A DNA stretch of 64,000 nucleotides. It comes from the human T2T-CHM13v2.0 reference genome, Homo sapiens. The notes below the pieces were generated by a model that worked only from the letters and a program-made list of their open reading frames with translations, was not told the DNA's origin and did not search any database. The position numbers and the translations under genes were made by a program. Shown piece by piece: positions 57,490 to 64,000 of this stretch (its first letter is position 1; every line of letters starts with the position of its first letter). The stretch lies in the NCBI RefSeq assembly GCF_009914755.1, contig NC_060948.1; one strand, given 5' to 3'.

Positions 57490-57667
57490 TACTTTTTATT
57501 ATTTTCTAAATGTTTCCATTTTCATCCTCTTGTCAATGAGATGTGAACTAACTTGCTTATGGTTCTGCAATCCTGGCCAAGATTCTGCAGGAGAAAGAAC
57601 ACCTGATTTTAAAGAAGCTTTCACTATTGGCTTCCATCACATTGTTTGCCTAATCAAAAGTTGTAGG

Positions 57668-58348
57668 TGTCTCACCCCAGTTAAAATGGCTTATACCCAA
57701 AAGACAGGCAATAGCAAATGCTGGCAAGGATGTGGAGAAAAGAGAACTTTTATACCCTGTTGATGGGAATGAATGTAAATTACTACATTAGTATATTAAA
57801 AGTTCCAAAAAAACTAAAAATTTTCTGAGGAAGCTAAGATTTGAAAGCAACCAAGTTCCCATGAGCAGATAAATTGATAAAGAAAATGTGGTACATAAAC
57901 ACAATGGAGTATTATCTAACCAAACAAAAAGAATGAGATCTTATCATTTACAACAACATGGCTGAGACTGGAGATCATTATAAGTGAAATAGGCCAGGCA
58001 CAGAAAGAAAATCATTATATTTTCTCACTTATTTGTGGAATCTAAAAATCAAAACAATTGAATTCATAGACATAGAGAGTAGAGAGATAGTTACCAGAGG
58101 CTAGGAAAGGTAGGCGGTGTGTTTGGGGCATGGAGGTGGAATGGATAACGGGAACAAAAAATAGAAAGGATGACCATGACTTACTATTGAACTGTTTGCA
58201 ACTCAATGGATTAATGCTTCAGTGAATGGATACCCCAGTCTTCATGATGTGCTTATTGTATGCCTGTATCAAAACATCTTATGTACCCTATAAATATGTA
58301 AACTTACTATGTACCCAGGAAAATTAAAAAAAAATTTAAATTAAAAAT
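57668..58348 (+). mobile_element. L1MA-like 3' fragment with internal deletions
   Basis: tctcaccccagttaaaatggctt; aggccaggcacagaaaga; tactatgtaccca; A-rich end. Confidence 0.88.
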
Positions 58349-58977
58349 TTGTAGGTGATCCTGGACCCTGGCAATGTCAGTGGCTGTTTCCTATGAGGAG
58401 GTGGGAAAGAACTGCATAGATTTCAGATTTCATGAAATATTGGTCATGCTATTCTTTTAATACATCTCAGTTAGTAAAGCAAGTATGTGTGAGTTTTTCT
58501 GAAAATGCCCTTAAAGAGGCTCTTGAGTTCTTTGCAGAAAAGCCATAGAAATGAAATAAATGAAGACAAGTTCAGGGTAGGCTATTAGGAAAACTAAATG
58601 CACAATTTCCTTTTATGTACTAGAACATATAGATTTTTTCTTAGTAAGGTAAACTTCACATAACATGAACATTATTAGATGTTTTCAAGTGTACAGTTCA
58701 GTGACCTTTAGTATATTCAAAATGTGTTGCAACTATCATGTCAGTATAGGTATGAAAAATTTATTCCCAAAGCAACACCATTCCTATTAAGCAGTCACTT
58801 CTCATTCCCACACCATCCAGACACTGTTGTGTGTGTGTGTGTATGTGTACGTGTGTAAGATTATATTGCCACATAGGAATAAAAAATCATTCCACTCATC
58901 TTGCTTTATTTTCAAATGGCTGACTCTGGTAACAATATTGTTGTTGGTATTTTTAAATCTTATTTTATATTGCTTCA

Positions 58978-59870
<893 letters not shown>

Positions 59871-60159
59871 AGGTCATTGTTATTTTAATATTTTTATATA
59901 AACTGTTTTATTATAAATAGTACCAAGTACATACAAAAAGAAAAAAGAAAAAGGAGGGAAACTCCATACATCTGTCATGGAGGTCACATAATAAACACTT
60001 CCCAAACTTTTTTGCCCTTTATACCTCTATTTCTATTTTATTTGTTGTCTTTTACAGCCAATTCCAGAAACTACACCTTCTCACCTATAATCCTTTCAAC
60101 ACTGATCTCTTACAGATATGAATTTTATAAATAAACTTGTATAAATAAACTCACACCTG

Positions 60160-60570
60160 CAGTGAGTTCGATAGTGACCCCCAAAGATATGTTCAGTTGG
60201 AATCTATGACTATGACCTTATTTAGGAAAAGAGCCTTCAAAATGGAAGTTAAGGATATGAAGATGAAATCATCCTAGATTATCTAGAAGGGTCCTAAATC
60301 TAATGACAGGTGTCTTTGTAAGACACAGAAGAGGAGATACAGACACACAGGAGAAGGCCACATGGAGACAAAGGCAGAGATCAGAGTGATGTGTCCACAA
60401 AGTAAGAAACACCTAGCCAATAGTACCTCCCAGGAGGCAGGAGACCAAGATTCCCTCTGTATCTCCACAAGGAACCAACCTTGCTCACACCTCGATTTCA
60501 CACCCTGGCCTCCAGAACTGGACCTAATGCCTCCAAGTGATGAACCATGGGAGATAAATTACTCAATGTT
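60160..60570 (+). mobile_element. MLT1C-like MaLR LTR
   Basis: tatgaccttatttaggaaaagagcctt; cacaggagaaggccacatggagaca; ctggcctccagaactg. Confidence 0.82.
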
Positions 60571-61561
60571 TTCACATATCACATTTTAATTTTGTACTCC
60601 ACACCATGTGTCTGATAGTACCATAAATAGCTTATTTGAAGGTCACTATGCACTGTTTAATGTATTAAAAGTAAAACTACAGTTAGGACTAAATGCTTTT
60701 AAACTTTGTAGGAAAAAAATCTTTTAAAAAATTAGTTAAAATTTCCTTCGGCTGCTCAAAAACATATTTCAGCACCTTTGAATTTTTGATATCAACATTT
60801 ATACTGAATATAAATGTGATTTTGTTTTCAGTTTATACTGAATATAAATTTATACTGAATATAAATGTGATTTTTAAAATCATACATTTATTAAAATGAG
60901 ATTTCTTTGGGATGTAGTGTCAAAAAGATATTTTAAAACTCATGTCATGGAGTTTTACTATTCAATTAAATCTTCAATACTAATATACCCATATATTGTG
61001 TTAATAAGAATTAAGGATAACCATGACAATTAATTATGAGCTTGTGGGTGGGTAACGTGTTTTTTTAAGTGGCATGCACCGATAATGAATATTTGAAATA
61101 TTTCAACTGGATTACTTCCCTGAAACTAGAAGAAGCAGAGATAGTCATGCATTTAAGTAAATTTTAAAAGTGTAGGTGATTTTTGAGTAGAAATTCATTA
61201 ACCCATTCCTCCAGATTTAACAGGTTTTGATTAGATTTAGTTTAAACATAGTTTGTTTAATTTAAACAAATTGAGATTGAGTAATGTGAAACAATTGTGC
61301 AACTTCATTTTCCAAGCTGATCCTGAACCCTGGTTTCTATCAAGAGTAGCAATCATAAAGAACAATATTTTATATGCACAAAGCAAGGGATAACTGAAAG
61401 TTAGGGGTTCAACTATAATAGAAGTAAATACCTGTACACGGTCCTTCATTTTTAACCTATTGCATATTAGGGCAAGTCTTCTTTCTTGGGATTTCCTAAC
61501 TACTGTTTTATTTTTAATACATTAAAAAGTGCATTGTGACCTTCCTTCTTGGTATGCTCAC

Positions 61562-61636
61562 ATTTTTCTAGTGAACGATGCTATGAGTTTCCAAGGGATC
61601 ACTGGCTGGCTGTGGCATTTCTCCTTTTGTCCAGAT
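61562..61636 (-). pseudogene. Candidate exon (75 bp) of the minus-strand gene relic
   Basis: ttttaagtgtag| ... |gtgagc; open in phase 2 to 2: SGQKEKCHSQPVIPWKLIASFTRK. Confidence 0.55.
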
Positions 61637-63016
61637 CTACACTTAAAATGGGTATCTTCTAATTCCATAAATCCATGTGGGTATGGACTTTAGTTTTATG
61701 AAAATATCATGATGATGTGTCAACCCTACTTCCTTTAGCTTGACTCTTTGTTACCAAGAAAACCAACCAGGTCCATTATTATAGTTGTCTTTATTAGAGT
61801 AAAACTAACCCAGTCTGAAAGGAGCCCATCAACAGCTTCAGCTTGCAGTAAAGAAGTTAAGAATATATTTTAAGAAAATTTGGCCAAATCCTTTGGCCAA
61901 ACTATCTAATCTGTATGATGACTCTCCCCACCTGTGTGTCCCTAGGGACTTTTTTCAGTAACAACATAAAATGCAATGAGAGGGACATTTTACATTCTTA
62001 TAGGTTAACATGTTTAACATCTTAATTTATCAATAGATAAATATCCTGGTTTCCAGTAGCTTCAGGGAAAACAAACATTTGAAACATTTCAAATATTCAT
62101 TTTTTCATGTGAAATACCATACCCATTGTTGTGTCACTAACACATTGTGTCTCAGTTCGATAAAAGAGAAAAGCAATATTGTCTCATTATTGCTTTCTCC
62201 CATTCCTTCACTTGTTGCATTTGCATATTTCCATGCATCCTGCACATGTGCCACAGCACAGCATGTTTTAATTCAATAGAGTCTTCCTTACCTAAATAAT
62301 TTACTAAAATTTCAAATCTCACACATGACACATTTTAGAACCAAAAGTTCCAAACAGGAGAAATGTTTAATTCATAAATATTTGTTGCATTCTGTAATTC
62401 TTCCATGATCCATTATCTGAACATTAAATTTAAGAAAGCATCTAAATTCTAAAGTACCATGAAATTCTGAAATACCAGGAATACTCATGCACATATTATT
62501 TTCAGTGGATCTTAAAAATATTAATAATTCAGCATTTTTTGAACGCATAGCAACTCTGATTCAGACAAGATAAAATGTTTTGAACTCATGTGTTTAGAGA
62601 AAACAGGAGGGAAACATCAGCCTCAGTTGAAAGCCAATGTGACATTATCTCTGATTTATAGTTACCAGATGCAAAGATAACTGGGGAAAACTATTTTTTT
62701 TTTTGCCTCACTACAGACTTAAGTAATTATACAAACCAGAACTAGTAAGGCACTCACTTTATTAAACCTTTTATTCTTAAGCTTGGGATTTATGGCAGCT
62801 GACTTTTCATAGTTGTTATCTGTGGAACACAGAGAGGATGAGATACAATTCCTACCTCATGGAATGGCTGTGAGAATTACACAAGGGAAAATCTGTGAGC
62901 CCACAGAAATATCTGCTGTCATGTTTTATTTTATAATTTATCCATTTTATGTTTCTGTCTGCTCATTGGAGACATACGAACACAATTATTTTTCTGATAC
63001 TGGTTAATTGGCTTAC

Positions 63017-63066
63017 CCATATTGAATATCAACATCATTCCTATAATATTGCAGGAAGGCTGTCAT
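63017..63066 (-). pseudogene. Candidate exon (50 bp) of the minus-strand gene relic
   Basis: tttctacag| ... |gtaagc; open in phase 0 to 2: MTAFLQYYRNDVDIQY(G). Confidence 0.65.
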
Positions 63067-63161
63067 CTGTAGAAATCTACTGATGAACATTCTGGAATTT
63101 ACATATTTTATGTAGTACTTTATCATGGCTACAAAAAGCAGTAGTGCTGTAGAAAACTTAC

Positions 63162-63185
63162 AGTTTTGTAGACTTCCTAAAACTT
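63162..63185 (-). pseudogene. Candidate 24-bp micro-exon with an in-frame stop
   Basis: tattttcag|AAGTTTTAGGAAGTCTACAAAACT|gtaagt (KF*EVYKT), followed by a 95-bp GT-AG intron. Confidence 0.6.
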
Positions 63186-63263
63186 CTGAAAATATGTAAT
63201 TAAAATGGATGAATTGTAAGATTTGCAAATATTACTTATTAAAGATGTTTAAAGAACACTGAT

Positions 63264-63598
63264 ATTTGTCCTATTGCTCTACCTTCTCTTGCTGCCCATC
63301 CCCCAACAGGCCCTGGTGTGTGATGTTTCCCTCCCTGTGTCCATGTGTTCTCATTGTTTAACTCTCGCTTGTGAGAGAGAATACCTAATGCATGCGGGGT
63401 TTAAAATCTAGATGATGGGTTGATAGGTGCAGCAAACTACCATGGCACGTGTAACAAAAATGCATGTTCTGCACATGTATCCCAGAACTTAAAGTAAAAT
63501 AAAAAAAAGAAAATGTGATATAACTTTTTACTCTGCCATTTGCTTGTTTTATGGTTTATTGTATATGAAACAATAAACCTTATAATTTCCTCATAAAA
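63264..63598 (+). mobile_element. L1PA7/8-like 3' end, 5'-inverted, with a probable 3' transduction
   Basis: Antisense 3' UTR piece at 63264-63381, sense piece at 63382-63510 with A tail, then unique 63511-63593 containing AATAAA. TSD aaagaacac(t/a)gat at 63251-63263 and 63599-63611. Confidence 0.85.
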
Positions 63599-63736
63599 AA
63601 AGAACACAGATTTTATTTTACAGCAAACTGGAGTACAGCTTTACACATACCAAGAATGCTAAAGAATAGGCTAGACATTACATTTTTTATTTAAAAGTAA
63701 CCCCTCCTTTTTACAACTGATTAAGGGATTGGTTAC

Positions 63737-63811
63737 CTTCTCTAAATCATTTTCAGCCAAGGAAGCAGATGGTGTCTTTGCCTTATCTATAAGAGTTTCT
63801 TCTGCTGTTGT
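63737..63811 (-). pseudogene. Candidate exon of the minus-strand gene relic (may extend to ~63885)
   Basis: Donor AAG|gtaacc; open frame TTAEETLIDKAKTPSASLAENDLEK ending in phase 0; acceptor ambiguous. Confidence 0.5.
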
Positions 63812-64000
63812 CTATAAGCTGCTAAATTTCTTTTAGGAAATCTTCCTTGCCTTGTCTCATGGTGACATGTTCTGGGATGTCATATTTATAGAAATGACAA
63901 TTAAAACCAGTTTTGTAAAACTCTTCCTTTCTACTCATCTTAAGTACTATGTCTTCATTAGCATTGTTTCCTCAGAGCTTTGCATTATCCAATATGTCAC

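Noticed and set aside
60799-60875. Three 17-bp direct repeats with unequal gaps, superficially CRISPR-like
   Set aside because: Mammalian DNA, only three copies, gaps are not unique spacers and there are no cas genes.

Overview
This is AT-rich, repeat-dense human genomic DNA. A near-perfect AluYa5 at 59326-59631 points to human rather than another primate. There is no intact protein-coding gene, RNA gene or CRISPR array, and almost all long ORFs in the track are LINE-1 fragments or Alu/low-complexity read-through. About 19 kb is four disrupted young L1PA elements: A (7.9-12.5 kb, minus), B (19.6-21.6 kb, internal fragment), C (43.3-48.7 kb, 5'-inverted) and D (49.3-55.7 kb, full length). The window also holds about 14 Alus, THE1/MLT/ERV1 LTRs, DNA-transposon relics and a 5'-inverted cytochrome c processed pseudogene. 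Three signals are not explained by the ORF track. (1) A chain of about 15 short minus-strand exon-like segments runs from 63.8 to 4.5 kb with largely matching reading-frame phases; it looks like a decayed multi-exon gene I cannot name. (2) The four L1s share private mutations in mutually incompatible pairings, suggesting local gene conversion. (3) Several retrotransposition events are atypical, including an 85-bp inverted-only L1 insert with a TSD and an inverted L1 with a 3' transduction. Repeat subfamily names come from recalled consensus sequences, and boundaries of old repeats are approximate.
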